Shown here: positions 54,820 through 64,000 of the stretch, piece after piece | Layout of the letters: every line of letters starts with the position of its first letter | Numbering within the stretch: position 1 is the stretch's first letter | IMG/VR virus record: IMGVR_UViG_3300046542_000271 | Location: 32,001-96,000 of that record | Reading direction: 5' to 3' (one strand) | Source of the DNA: a virus | DNA length: 64,000 nt | The notes under the pieces: generated by a model | What the model was told of the DNA's origin: nothing | The model's database searches: none | The model's input: only the letters and a program-made list of their open reading frames with translations | Translations under genes and position numbers: made by a program

Positions 54820-56127
54820 TTACACGAGTGCGTCGAAGCTGGACTTGGTCACTACCAGGTACAGGAACTTCTGGTAGGTCTTGGAGAGGTACATGACACC
54901 GTCACGGACAGTCCGGTTGTAGCCGGTAGGTGGCGCTGTGGTAGGCGTCATCTCTTCAGCGAACTGAAGCATCTCCATGATCAACATCACTGCACCGCGC
55001 GTCAGCTCGGACATGCGCATGAAGTCGACATGAGTCGTCGGCACGTTCAACCAATCCGGGTGTTGCAGGATCAGCTGGTTCTTGCCATCACGGTTCTCAG
55101 GACCACCCACCACAATGCAACGGACGGACTTGAATTGCGTAGGGCAATCGTTCGCCACGTTCTGGATGTGCGTGGGCGTGTACTTAACGCCCTTGCAGAC
55201 CAACTTTGCTTTTGCGATACCTGCCATCATGTTGCCCGCACCACGATAGATGCCGGATTCACGAGGACGTTCTGGTACAGCGAACTCATCCCAGATAGGA
55301 ACGAAGATCAGTTCGGTGGAGGTGAAGATGTCTGGGAAGATAACTGCCCACTCTTCACGAGTGTGGGTGGAGTTAGCCAGGATCCAAGCCGCCAACGATT
55401 CCTTGGTGGCATCGAGGTTGTTACCGCCTTCACCCCAGAGCAGCGACATCCAGTCCACGGAGATCTTGAGGGTACGGTCAATCGGGTCAATCCAGTCGAA
55501 TGGATCAACACGCAGACGAGTCTCAGGATCAGACTTGCGCAGGACGTCTACCTGAGAGATCGAGTCGCTCAAGGTACGGGCCGCAAGCTTGGGCTTGAGG
55601 TTCACGTAATCCAGGAAGAAGTCGTCGAGGTTGGTCAACGGCTTGACGTGGTTGAACTCGAACTCGTCGAACTGGTTGAAGAAGGCTGCTTCCGCAAACC
55701 AGATCTTCCAGCGGGTGGTCGTACCCTTCGGTGCGAACACGATGTAGGACGGACAATACTTGTTCGTGTCGAACAAGATCATCTCGCCGGTTTCGAGGAG
55801 GTCGTAGGTGGCAGCGTTGTCTGTGATCCACGCGTTCTTGACCGACAGGACGTCAGTGGTCAGCGTGCCGAGACGAGCCTTACCGTAGACCCAGTCGATG
55901 ATCGCCAGGATCTTCAGCGCATCCACATCCGGGAATTGCGTCTTGACGTCGTCGACGAAGTAGGAGAAACCACGCAACATGAAGCCTGGGTTAGCGCCGC
56001 TGGTGTGCTTGGTCTGATCGCGCGTGAAGGTCTGAGAGAGCGCTGAAAGCTCACCGACCGGTGCGTCCTTATGATCTCTGTTGTCGGCCAAAGTGCCGAT
56101 GTGGGCGAACCCTTTAAAACTCTTCAC
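54820..56127 (-). CDS. Probable virion structural protein
   Basis: 435 aa; GAGGTG SD; downstream of a TATG late-promoter candidate. Confidence 0.65.
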   Translation of the reverse strand: MKSFKGFAHIGTLADNRDHKDAPVGELSALSQTFTRDQTKHTSGANPGFMLRGFSYFVDDVKTQFPDVDALKILAIIDWVYGKARLGTLTTDVLSVKNAWITDNAATYDLLETGEMILFDTNKYCPSYIVFAPKGTTTRWKIWFAEAAFFNQFDEFEFNHVKPLTNLDDFFLDYVNLKPKLAARTLSDSISQVDVLRKSDPETRLRVDPFDWIDPIDRTLKISVDWMSLLWGEGGNNLDATKESLAAWILANSTHTREEWAVIFPDIFTSTELIFVPIWDEFAVPERPRESGIYRGAGNMMAGIAKAKLVCKGVKYTPTHIQNVANDCPTQFKSVRCIVVGGPENRDGKNQLILQHPDWLNVPTTHVDFMRMSELTRGAVMLIMEMLQFAEEMTPTTAPPTGYNRTVRDGVMYLSKTYQKFLYLVVTKSSFDALV

Positions 56128-56237
56128 GAATCACCTCTGAGCGCTACGGCAAAAGGTATGAACCAGGAACGTGTTCGAAACACGTACATTTGCTAAGAAG
56201 ACATAGTATTTTTTAGACGCCCTAAAGGAGTCCAGAT

Positions 56238-56660
56238 GTGTCCGTTCTCTACACGATACTACTGATACTGAAATCACTCTTTCCGTTTCTGAAAGAGATC
56301 GTGTTGAAGGACAAAGGTGTTAGAGAGTTGTTGCTTTCTAATAAGGCTGCTACGGGACTGGCAGCCTGTTTGTTGGTAATGTTCGTTCTGTTCTACTATG
56401 TCAAAGTCGTGGCTGACCTCACCCATGCCAAGAACACCAAGCTGACGACCGAGATCGTGGAACTCAAGAAAACAAACTCTGACCAGACTCTCTTGATCAG
56501 TGTATTAGAAGGTCGCCTCAAAGCGCGGCCCGCAACTCCTGCCCCCACAACACCGCATCCTTCACCACCCGAACGTCCAACCGCCGCCCAGCCTCCGAAA
56601 CAAAAGGGAAAACCATCCCTGCGAGATTACGCAATCGGAAAGCTCAAGGCGATAGATTAA
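56238..56660 (+). CDS. Probable inner-membrane spanin (Rz-like)
   Basis: TM helix, periplasmic coiled coil and Pro-rich linker; immediately upstream of a lipoprotein. Confidence 0.6.
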   Translation: MSVLYTILLILKSLFPFLKEIVLKDKGVRELLLSNKAATGLAACLLVMFVLFYYVKVVADLTHAKNTKLTTEIVELKKTNSDQTLLISVLEGRLKARPATPAPTTPHPSPPERPTAAQPPKQKGKPSLRDYAIGKLKAID

Positions 56661-56670
56661 GGCCCACCAA

Positions 56671-56973
56671 ATGATACACCCAAAACAACTCTTACTCTGC
56701 ACGACCTTCATGTTGGGGTCGTGTGTACCACTCACACCTCCCCAGCCTTCTATCGTGATCTACAATACGATCGAGGCGAAGGCGGATCATGAGAAACCTC
56801 GTCTTGTGGTGACCTGTCAGTCAGGTGGGACCTACATCATCCCAGACAAGCCCATACTCGACGATCTTCAGGACGATGATGACCAGGGTGTGGTCGACCG
56901 ACTCAATGAACACATTGACTTTCTTCGCGATGAATTGAAAGCTCTTGCCGCCAAAGGGAAGTGCGGTGAGTAA
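56671..56973 (+). CDS. Probable outer-membrane lipoprotein spanin (Rz1-like)
   Basis: Lipobox-like MLGSC followed by Pro-rich VPLTPPQP. Confidence 0.6.
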   Translation: MIHPKQLLLCTTFMLGSCVPLTPPQPSIVIYNTIEAKADHEKPRLVVTCQSGGTYIIPDKPILDDLQDDDDQGVVDRLNEHIDFLRDELKALAAKGKCGE

Positions 56974-57034
56974 GTTTTTACAGGGGCTTCTCATTGTGTA
57001 GGAATTATACTGATAACCTACTGGATAAAAGTGC

Positions 57035-58513
57035 ATGACTACTGAAACAATGGCGAGTAGTGCCATCGTCTATTGCGATGCTGGGTACCTGATGCACACC
57101 CGGCATGCGGGTTGGGGCGTTCACGCTTACATCTTCACCAATGAGGAGCCCAAGCGTGGTACAGGTAATCCGAAGGTTGTTCCGACGGCGCTTGGTTATC
57201 AGTTCGACGGTTCGACTGCTCCTAAAGTGACAGTCACGAACTACCACGACCTCACTGGCGGCAACATGGTCATGGGGAGTAACAACGAAGCCGAACTGTG
57301 GGCGTTGTACGAAGCCCTCAAGTGGCTCGAGACACGTCCTGAACTCAAGACGGTCAAGATCTTCTCCGATTCCCGTTTCGTTGTGCAAGGCACAACTCAA
57401 TGGGTGGACAAGTGGGCTAAGCGTGGCTGGGTTGGTTCCACTGGCGAACCGATCAAGTACCGTCCTACTTGGGAGAAGGTGAAAGACCTCTTCGAGAAGA
57501 TGACGGCTCGCTGCGAGACTCTGACCCTGGAATGGATCAAAGGCCACAATGGCCATCCAGGTAATGATCGTGCGGACACGCTGGCTACTCGTGGTCTGGC
57601 CTTGTCTCAGAAGAAACTCGACGATATCCGTGAAGAGCGTGATGCTGCTGGCTACTGGAATCAGAAGTCGGAAGTCCCACGTATTCTTCAGGCACCTCGT
57701 TGGTACTTCTCCACCACGGAAAAAGACTTCGTGGAAGAAGACACTGGCCATCACGTTTACTACGTGGGGACGCACGGCACCAAGGATAAGGAAGATGACC
57801 TGCCGGGCAAGCGGTATGCGGACAACTTCCTGGGTGTATGCTTGGTGACTGAGCCTGACCCGATCATGGAAGCATTGCGCAAAAGCGCGATCAAGCGCGA
57901 TTCTGTCGAGCGTGGTCGTCTGATGATTGGCCACCTCGATACGATCTTCTCTGCACGGATCTACAACGAAGTTCGGACCTACGGGACCACCTTCTTGTTT
58001 GAAGGACAGGAACGGCTCGACACCGTCAATAGCGACAAGACACCGGTAATGGTTGAGCAGACTCCAGTGGGCCTGGGTTTCCGGAAAGCCAGTGTTTGGC
58101 AGTCACTCCGTAAGACGTTGAAAAACATACGGAATGGCGACAAGTACTTTGTCCTCACTGAGATTACCGACCTAATCTATGAGGATAAGGACACTAAGGG
58201 CAACCGTAAACTGAAACCCCTCGTGACTCAAATCACGAAGTATATCGATGTGAAGCCCGTTTTCAACCTCGAGAAAGAGAATGCTGAACCAAAGCCGTAC
58301 GAAGCCAAGGTTCGATTAATCCTAGGTAGCGACATTATCTCCCGTAACCAGCTGGCGGCACTCGGTCCTGACGTGAAGAGCGTTAAGGTCGTGACTTGGC
58401 GCGAGTCGGACAAGGTTGGGCGGTATGCTACCATGGTGGAGCTGGAGAATGGAGACGTGGGTCTGTGGGCGCGCTTCGAATCCAACATCCACTACGCGAT
58501 TGATCGGGCGTAA
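57035..58513 (+). CDS. rnhA: Ribonuclease H with C-terminal extension
   Basis: YCDAG, SNNEAEL, FSDS, WIKGHNGHPGNDRADTLA. Confidence 0.9.
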   Translation: MTTETMASSAIVYCDAGYLMHTRHAGWGVHAYIFTNEEPKRGTGNPKVVPTALGYQFDGSTAPKVTVTNYHDLTGGNMVMGSNNEAELWALYEALKWLETRPELKTVKIFSDSRFVVQGTTQWVDKWAKRGWVGSTGEPIKYRPTWEKVKDLFEKMTARCETLTLEWIKGHNGHPGNDRADTLATRGLALSQKKLDDIREERDAAGYWNQKSEVPRILQAPRWYFSTTEKDFVEEDTGHHVYYVGTHGTKDKEDDLPGKRYADNFLGVCLVTEPDPIMEALRKSAIKRDSVERGRLMIGHLDTIFSARIYNEVRTYGTTFLFEGQERLDTVNSDKTPVMVEQTPVGLGFRKASVWQSLRKTLKNIRNGDKYFVLTEITDLIYEDKDTKGNRKLKPLVTQITKYIDVKPVFNLEKENAEPKPYEAKVRLILGSDIISRNQLAALGPDVKSVKVVTWRESDKVGRYATMVELENGDVGLWARFESNIHYAIDRA

Positions 58514-58544
58514 CTGAAACCCGATAACCCGTAGGTATTCCCAT

Positions 58545-58967
58545 ATGTCCGGCAATGTTATTGCGTCATCGCAAGAATCCCTGCCATCTTGCCCCCACGC
58601 GAGAAATACTGTCTGTGACAAGAACACAGTGCACTGTCGTGTTCGTAGGCTTATTGTCGTAGCGTCGTTGTATTTCAAGCTGAAAGGCGTCAAGAATCCA
58701 TCCCCGACCGAAATGGATACCGTGAATACTCAGCTGCACTTGGCATGTTCTGCAAGTGCTCTGATGCTTCCCGCTGCCATCGCTGGTTGGATATGGAGAA
58801 AGAACTCCTCCCAACAACTGGTCGAGCAATTCCAGAAAGGGGAGGTAGATCTCAGCACGCTGTCTAATGGACTGACCTCGATGTTACCACGCTGGTTTCA
58901 GTACGGTGACGGTTCCACCTTCGCGATGGATGTGAGAGCGGTACTTGACTGTTTGCGGACAGCATAA
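58545..58967 (+). CDS. Hypothetical protein
   Basis: ORF ends at a hairpin. Confidence 0.55.
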   Translation: MSGNVIASSQESLPSCPHARNTVCDKNTVHCRVRRLIVVASLYFKLKGVKNPSPTEMDTVNTQLHLACSASALMLPAAIAGWIWRKNSSQQLVEQFQKGEVDLSTLSNGLTSMLPRWFQYGDGSTFAMDVRAVLDCLRTA

Positions 58968-59011
58968 AGGAATGAGACCACCTGGGGCGTCAAACCCCAG
59001 GTGGTTTGTGC
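58962..59011. terminator. Hairpin between convergent genes
   Basis: gcata...accacctgggg-cgtcaaa-ccccaggtggt. Confidence 0.7.
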
Positions 59012-59014
59012 TGC

Positions 59015-59866
59015 TTACGCTTCGATTGCTTCGCCAACCATCTTAGCGAGGCATTGGGTCAGCTCTTGCACACCGGTGACCACAACAGCCGCTGCCGATA
59101 CAGTAGTAGCGAAACCGTAGATCATGGTGGACAGGCCGGAAGCTGTAGCACCGGAGACATCACCGTCACCACTGCCTTCGATTTCCTTCTGGACGTGAAC
59201 GATCAGCTCAGCCAGGCGAGTGGTCTTCTTGTCAATGCCTGCCCAGTCCACACGAGCGCAGCGCTGGTTCAGCAGGTTGACTTCACGGTAGATCGATTCG
59301 ATCTCACCACCGTTGTCGATGACGTCAGCCAGACGCGCCACGGTCTTGCCGTGGTTGCCGCAGTAGGCACGCAGGGCGTTGAAATCAGCCGCAGGCATAG
59401 GTTTGATCAGCGCTTCGAGCTGGCGAAGGCTGCTCTGGGCTTTCATGCGATCTGGATCACCGGCCAGTTGGGCCAGTTGTACACTTGCTGCACCGATGGT
59501 CTTCTCCAACGCTTCCACGTAGGTCAAGGCAGAAGCAAGAGACCGGATATAGTCTATGTACTTACCTTGAAATCCGAGAGGAATCGAGACGACTTTTTGC
59601 CCGATGCTGCGATAGCCTTCGGCATTAGCGTACTCGGTGAGTTTACCTGGGATGACAGTGACCGGCTTGAAGTTGCCGACTTTGGAGCTGGTGAGGAATG
59701 TCGCCGCACGACCAACGAACGCACTGAACTGCGAACGGGCGTCGTCGATGAAGGCCATCACTTTACTTTCTTGTGAAAAGTTACTGGCGGTAGACATGAG
59801 ATAGTCAACATTACTGTGCATCTCACTGCTAACGAGTTCTTTAAGGAAGGCGTTTTCTTTGGACAC
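59015..59866 (-). CDS. Probable virion (head) protein
   Basis: GTG start with GAGGGG SD; helical; N-terminal S-x-E sites; divergent from uvsX. Confidence 0.6.
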   Translation of the reverse strand: MSKENAFLKELVSSEMHSNVDYLMSTASNFSQESKVMAFIDDARSQFSAFVGRAATFLTSSKVGNFKPVTVIPGKLTEYANAEGYRSIGQKVVSIPLGFQGKYIDYIRSLASALTYVEALEKTIGAASVQLAQLAGDPDRMKAQSSLRQLEALIKPMPAADFNALRAYCGNHGKTVARLADVIDNGGEIESIYREVNLLNQRCARVDWAGIDKKTTRLAELIVHVQKEIEGSGDGDVSGATASGLSTMIYGFATTVSAAAVVVTGVQELTQCLAKMVGEAIEA

Positions 59867-59951
59867 GTTTTCGTCCCCTCGGTTGATTGGGTAGGGTGTA
59901 TAAGTTCTGCACGGTCCGCTTATCGTGCTACATATCAAACCGGAGCAATAT

Positions 59952-61391
59952 ATGTTTAAAGCCGCATGGAAGAAACCTGCTGCACCGTTCTATCCCATGC
60001 CGAACACGGGAACCATTCTCGACGTCTCGGCCGGTAACTGGGTCAAGGGTCATAAAGGCCAGATGATCCTGAACGGTGGCTTGGCACCTTTCTCCTGCAT
60101 CGCTGCTTTGCCGAACATGTTCAAGTCCACTATCGCCGCCGGTTATGGCGGTGCTATGCTACGGGCTTTCTCGGCGAGTGTGATGCACGTACATGATACT
60201 GAGACGACCATCGTCCAGGAACGTGTAGAACGTATCGTGCGACTGTCCATGGGCTTGCCTCTGCCTGGCTTCCCAGTACCTGAATCGCTGATCGCTAAAG
60301 ACCGTATCTTCTTCACCTCGTCGGTCGACTACAACGGTACCGAGCTGTTCAACGTTCTGAAAGAATTCGCTAAGAAGCGTCTGAAAGAAGAACCGCGTGT
60401 ACAGCTGGAACTGATCGACACCGGCACCGGCAAGCCGTACGAGTACTTCGTACCGTTGCTCGAGTTCTGGGATTCCCTGTCCGGTCTCAAGGCTGAATCG
60501 GCCGTTGAAATGCTGGCAGAAGGTAGTGTCGGTACCTCCGAACTGAACATGTTGGCCATGCGTGTCAACAGCGGTAAATCGCAGATCGTCGAGCAAGCGC
60601 CAGACCTCACGGCGAAGCACGGTATCTATCTATTGAGCACGGCGCATGTTGGTCAACAGTACCAGCTCGATCCGCGCAAGCCGAACATCAAGACGCTCAA
60701 CCACCTCAAAGGCGACGTGAAGCTAAAACGCGTGCCTGAGAACCTGAGCTTCCAGACCGGTAACTGTTATGCAATCACGCACTACACCCAAATGCAGGAA
60801 AAGGGTGTGGCCGAATTCCCGTACGAGCCTGGTGATGAAACCAAGCAAGCGGATCTGATCGAACTGAAGCTCACCAACATGCGTGGGAAGTACGGTCCGT
60901 CGGGTATTCCGCTGCCGATCATCGTCAGTCAGAAGGAAGGTTGGCTGCCGTACATGTCCAACTTCATTTACCTCCTGCGCGAAGCTGGTCGTTATGGTTT
61001 GACAGGGAACGTTCAAAACTACGCGTTGGCACTTTATCCCGACATGGCAATCCGTCGGACCAACGTACGCAAGAAGCTGCGCGAATCGTTTGCTGCTCAG
61101 CGCGCGGCGCAGATCCTTATGGAGATGCACTGGACATTCACGTACCGTACGGATATCGATGATTCCTATCACTGCGAACCAGAAGCACTGTACAACGAAA
61201 TCAAGGCCATGGGCTACGATTGGGAACTGCTCTTGAACACTCGCTTCTGGCATACGACTGTCGAAGAAGGTGAGAAGGTGCCTTTCCTGTCTACCCTGGA
61301 TATCCTCCGTATGCGGGTTGGTAAATACCACCCGTACTGGTACCCAAAATCACGTAAAGAAATGGGCTTGCCTGAAATCATCGCTGACTAA
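59952..61391 (+). CDS. uvsX: UvsX/RecA-like recombinase (phiKZ gp152-like)
   Basis: ALPNMFKST, HDTE, WDSLS, TAH and RGKYGPSG RecA-fold motifs. Confidence 0.8.
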   Translation: MFKAAWKKPAAPFYPMPNTGTILDVSAGNWVKGHKGQMILNGGLAPFSCIAALPNMFKSTIAAGYGGAMLRAFSASVMHVHDTETTIVQERVERIVRLSMGLPLPGFPVPESLIAKDRIFFTSSVDYNGTELFNVLKEFAKKRLKEEPRVQLELIDTGTGKPYEYFVPLLEFWDSLSGLKAESAVEMLAEGSVGTSELNMLAMRVNSGKSQIVEQAPDLTAKHGIYLLSTAHVGQQYQLDPRKPNIKTLNHLKGDVKLKRVPENLSFQTGNCYAITHYTQMQEKGVAEFPYEPGDETKQADLIELKLTNMRGKYGPSGIPLPIIVSQKEGWLPYMSNFIYLLREAGRYGLTGNVQNYALALYPDMAIRRTNVRKKLRESFAAQRAAQILMEMHWTFTYRTDIDDSYHCEPEALYNEIKAMGYDWELLLNTRFWHTTVEEGEKVPFLSTLDILRMRVGKYHPYWYPKSRKEMGLPEIIAD

Positions 61392-61428
61392 GCGGTGCAG
61401 GTGAGTCATTCCACAAGGAATTGCTGTC

Positions 61429-61698
61429 ATGACCCACCTGTCCCAAGAAGTTGAAGACCTGCTCAGTGAAAACAAGCAGGCACTCGGCGATGTGTTCCGT
61501 GCTACTTTCAGGAACACCCACGGCGATGAAATGGTTTCGCTCAACAAGTACTTTCGTATCGAGCTGAGCAAAGCCCCGGTACCGACCCTCGACGAGCGTG
61601 AATGCTTGATCGATGATCTGACACCGGCGCAGTGGCTGAAGTACTTCCAGGGTCATGTTCTTCCGACGCTGGTCCGCTTCAATCTCCCTTCGGCGTAA
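61429..61698 (+). CDS. Hypothetical protein
   Basis: AAGGA SD. Confidence 0.6.
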   Translation: MTHLSQEVEDLLSENKQALGDVFRATFRNTHGDEMVSLNKYFRIELSKAPVPTLDERECLIDDLTPAQWLKYFQGHVLPTLVRFNLPSA

Positions 61699-61775
61699 GT
61701 CGTTGCATCGTGACGTATCGTGGCTGGCCAATGTCAGCCACGTATATGCTGTAAGTGCAACCAAAGGGTGATCCC

Positions 61776-62522
61776 GTGAACGCTAAACGTGAGAAAGTAA
61801 CCAAGTTCATCTTGGACAACATCGCCAAGATTATTCCTGGCGACAAGACAAACCCTGACCTGCTTGCGGCTAAGTTCGCAGCCATGTCGGATAAGGACTT
61901 CGAAGCGTACATCCGTCGCCTGGGTCCAGCCGAAACTCCGGAAGAGATCAAGAACCGGGAGATGCTCCCGTTTTATGTTCCTAACCTCGGTAAGGCACGT
62001 ATCTCCATCGCTCGTAACTTCCAACTGGTGCGCAGCCTCGGCAAGAGCCTGACTCACCGCTTGGTCATGACGGACGGTGCGACCGGTTTGCAATACGTAA
62101 CACCTCACCCTTACCCGGTGCTTGACCTGCCCGTGCGTCGTCAGGCGCAGACAGTCGTCAAGAAGCGTTCGATCCCTGAACACAACCAGCGTATCGACGA
62201 CCTCACCAACCAACCGACCAGCCAATCCAAGGGTAGCCGTGTCTCGGCGCCTGAACTCAGCTCGTTGTCTTCTCGTGGCCTTGACCGGACCATCATGGAG
62301 AAGATCAAAGTGCGGGGTGGTGACGAAGCCGCTTATCGTGAGATGCGTCGTCAGTTGGTGGAGAACGGCGAATGTACGCTGGAACAAGTGTCGGGTCTGG
62401 GTAATGCCAAATCCATCGACACTATGTCCGTGTTCTTCAACTGCATGCACCTGGGTAACAACCTGAAACCTGGCACGCCTGTCCCTGAGGATGCATTTGC
62501 TCCGGGCACGGCTAAACCGTAA
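61776..62522 (+). CDS. Virion RNA polymerase beta-like subunit, C-terminal fragment (phiKZ gp149-like)
   Basis: VVKKRS...LTNQP...KGSRVSAPE...L.SRG...E.IKVRGGD parallels the beta C-terminal TQQP..GGQR.GEME..L.E..KSDD. Confidence 0.75.
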   Translation: MNAKREKVTKFILDNIAKIIPGDKTNPDLLAAKFAAMSDKDFEAYIRRLGPAETPEEIKNREMLPFYVPNLGKARISIARNFQLVRSLGKSLTHRLVMTDGATGLQYVTPHPYPVLDLPVRRQAQTVVKKRSIPEHNQRIDDLTNQPTSQSKGSRVSAPELSSLSSRGLDRTIMEKIKVRGGDEAAYREMRRQLVENGECTLEQVSGLGNAKSIDTMSVFFNCMHLGNNLKPGTPVPEDAFAPGTAKP

Positions 62523-62530
62523 GGACGTTT

Positions 62531-63016
62531 ATGCAAAAGCCCAATGACATCACTGTGGCCGATTCGATTCTCGCTCGTTTCACAGAACCATCCGGCAACG
62601 AAGGGTACATCCGTGCCGCTAAGCTGCTGTTGCTGATTCGCAGTATCGTCTGGCGTAACTCGATCACCACTGAAGCCGGTGGGATTCGTGTATGGAAGAA
62701 GCTCTCTGCCGAACAGTTCGACATGGAGTGGATCATCGAGATGGTGAACGAATACGTTTACCTGATCGGCATGACTACCCTCCAGACGGATGTCGCTCAG
62801 CGTCAAGCAGAATCCATGGCGTGGCTGAAGAACGCCCAAGGCATTCCGAGTGAGAACAAGCAGTTGAGTCAAACTGCTGGAGAGATCCAAGACGGACTGG
62901 GCAAGAACCCTCTCCTGATGTTCCTCTACTCGCTGTCGATGGGACAGTACAACAAGCGTCTGTCTGACCTGGGCATTGAACGCATTCTGGCCGGACAGAA
63001 ACCGAAGAAGACATAA
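62531..63016 (+). CDS. Hypothetical protein
   Basis: AAGGA SD. Confidence 0.65.
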   Translation: MQKPNDITVADSILARFTEPSGNEGYIRAAKLLLLIRSIVWRNSITTEAGGIRVWKKLSAEQFDMEWIIEMVNEYVYLIGMTTLQTDVAQRQAESMAWLKNAQGIPSENKQLSQTAGEIQDGLGKNPLLMFLYSLSMGQYNKRLSDLGIERILAGQKPKKT

Positions 63017-63832
63017 ATGGCCAATCAAAGAGCACTGATCGATATCGAGATGTTGCTTGATGTTCGCCACGCTACGGTCGTTCGCATGATGGGCGAAGAG
63101 GAAAAGGATGGGCTGGCAGAAGTGCTGGCCTCGACTGAGTACTACCGTTTCCGGCAACACGACAACTTCGAAAAAGCTACAGACGGCATGGTTACGTGGG
63201 ATGCGTATCAGAAAGCGTTCGCTGAACGGAACGGTGATACTATTGCCTATGCGAAGATGACAGACTTTGTCTACCAGATTCGAATGGACATTAAGAAGGA
63301 GCTGCCAGCATTGGAGCGCGGTGTGGAGTTCGATGCATTGGACCTCTACATCAACTTCTATCCCTACGACGATCTAACGCAGGCTGAGCGGGACATCATC
63401 GTCAAGTGCATGCAGCATTACATGCCGCTGCCGACGCGTGTCTTTGGGGCGTACGTGCCCTGGAAGGATCTCACGGTGAAACGCTTCGAGCATCAGTTCG
63501 AGATGATCGCACTGTATGACGTCGAAGATTGGTTGAAGCACCACCAGCAAGAGTTGTTGCAGAATAAGATTCCCGAGAACGTGATCATGACCTCGCGCAT
63601 TTCGCCGCTGGGTAAAGATCCTGTTCCCGAGAAAGGTGTCACTGACGTATTCGCGTGCCGCTCCGGCGTGTTACAAGAATGGGTATCCCTGATCCACGTT
63701 CCTACGTCTTGGGTGTGTTACAACCAGGCTATGTTTCAGGCGATACATAATCGTCAATATTCAGAGCAAACTCGCCCTGATGGTCTTCACCCGGAACCAG
63801 CTCCACCTGGGGAAGAACTACCCCTTCCGTAG
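63017..63832 (+). CDS. Hypothetical protein (possible HAD-like start, LIDIEMLLD)
   Basis: Abuts previous gene. Confidence 0.65.
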   Translation: MANQRALIDIEMLLDVRHATVVRMMGEEEKDGLAEVLASTEYYRFRQHDNFEKATDGMVTWDAYQKAFAERNGDTIAYAKMTDFVYQIRMDIKKELPALERGVEFDALDLYINFYPYDDLTQAERDIIVKCMQHYMPLPTRVFGAYVPWKDLTVKRFEHQFEMIALYDVEDWLKHHQQELLQNKIPENVIMTSRISPLGKDPVPEKGVTDVFACRSGVLQEWVSLIHVPTSWVCYNQAMFQAIHNRQYSEQTRPDGLHPEPAPPGEELPLP

Positions 63833-64000
63833 GGTCGCGTCGACGTTGGACTGTTCCACCTTGGGTGAATGGATCCTTGCCGACCAAGCCGCGGAACTTG
63901 GCGTAGGCTTCAATGGCCACTCGTCCATCCTGTCTGCTGTCTTCCTGGATGTTCAGCTCACGCTGTGTAAGAGCCGAACGGTCCATGTCGCGCAGCAGGC
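63729..64000 (-). CDS. Hypothetical protein, 3' part (start outside window)
   Basis: Reading frame open to the window edge; convergent overlap with 63017-63832. Confidence 0.5.
   Translation of the reverse strand, partial: LLRDMDRSALTQRELNIQEDSRQDGRVAIEAYAKFRGLVGKDPFTQGGTVQRRRDPTEGVVLPQVELVPGEDHQGEFALNIDDYVSPET

Noticed and set aside
1-64000. tRNA/rRNA genes, integrase, introns or inteins, stop-codon reassignment
   Set aside because: No cloverleaf seen in the gaps by eye (tRNAscan not run). Core genes appear uninterrupted, and all three stop codons terminate genes.

Overview
This 64 kb window is a densely coding segment of a phiKZ-like jumbo phage genome. Placement in the Chimalliviridae and a Pseudomonas-like host are inferences: the nuclear-shell gene is not in the window. 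Recognisable core genes are a DnaB-like helicase, the major capsid protein, split RNA polymerase beta-subunit fragments (non-virion N-half and virion C-terminal piece), RuvC, a probable portal, a modular endolysin, a PAAR tip plus central spike, an SbcC/Rad50 ATPase, a spanin pair, RNase H and UvsX/RecA. Three plus-strand accessory islands (3.6-6.1 kb, 7.4-7.9 kb, 29.7-37.1 kb) each follow a conserved TACAT-N8-TG promoter-like motif. The most unusual observations are: (1) a paralogous structural family whose ~20-aa post-domain motif is amplified about 18 times in one member, suggesting a multivalent docking scaffold; (2) a duplicated four-gene fibre cassette (adaptor + long chain + two short chains) suggesting heterotrimeric fibres; (3) an intergenic element that folds best as ssDNA (GNA triloops and tandem G.A pairs); (4) an acidic portal tail carrying six copies of a short motif; (5) an alpha-CTD mimic, an RGG-box protein, a stand-alone AP2 protein and unannotated membrane microprotein operons. 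Homology calls come from motif recognition and remembered phiKZ gene order; no searches were run.
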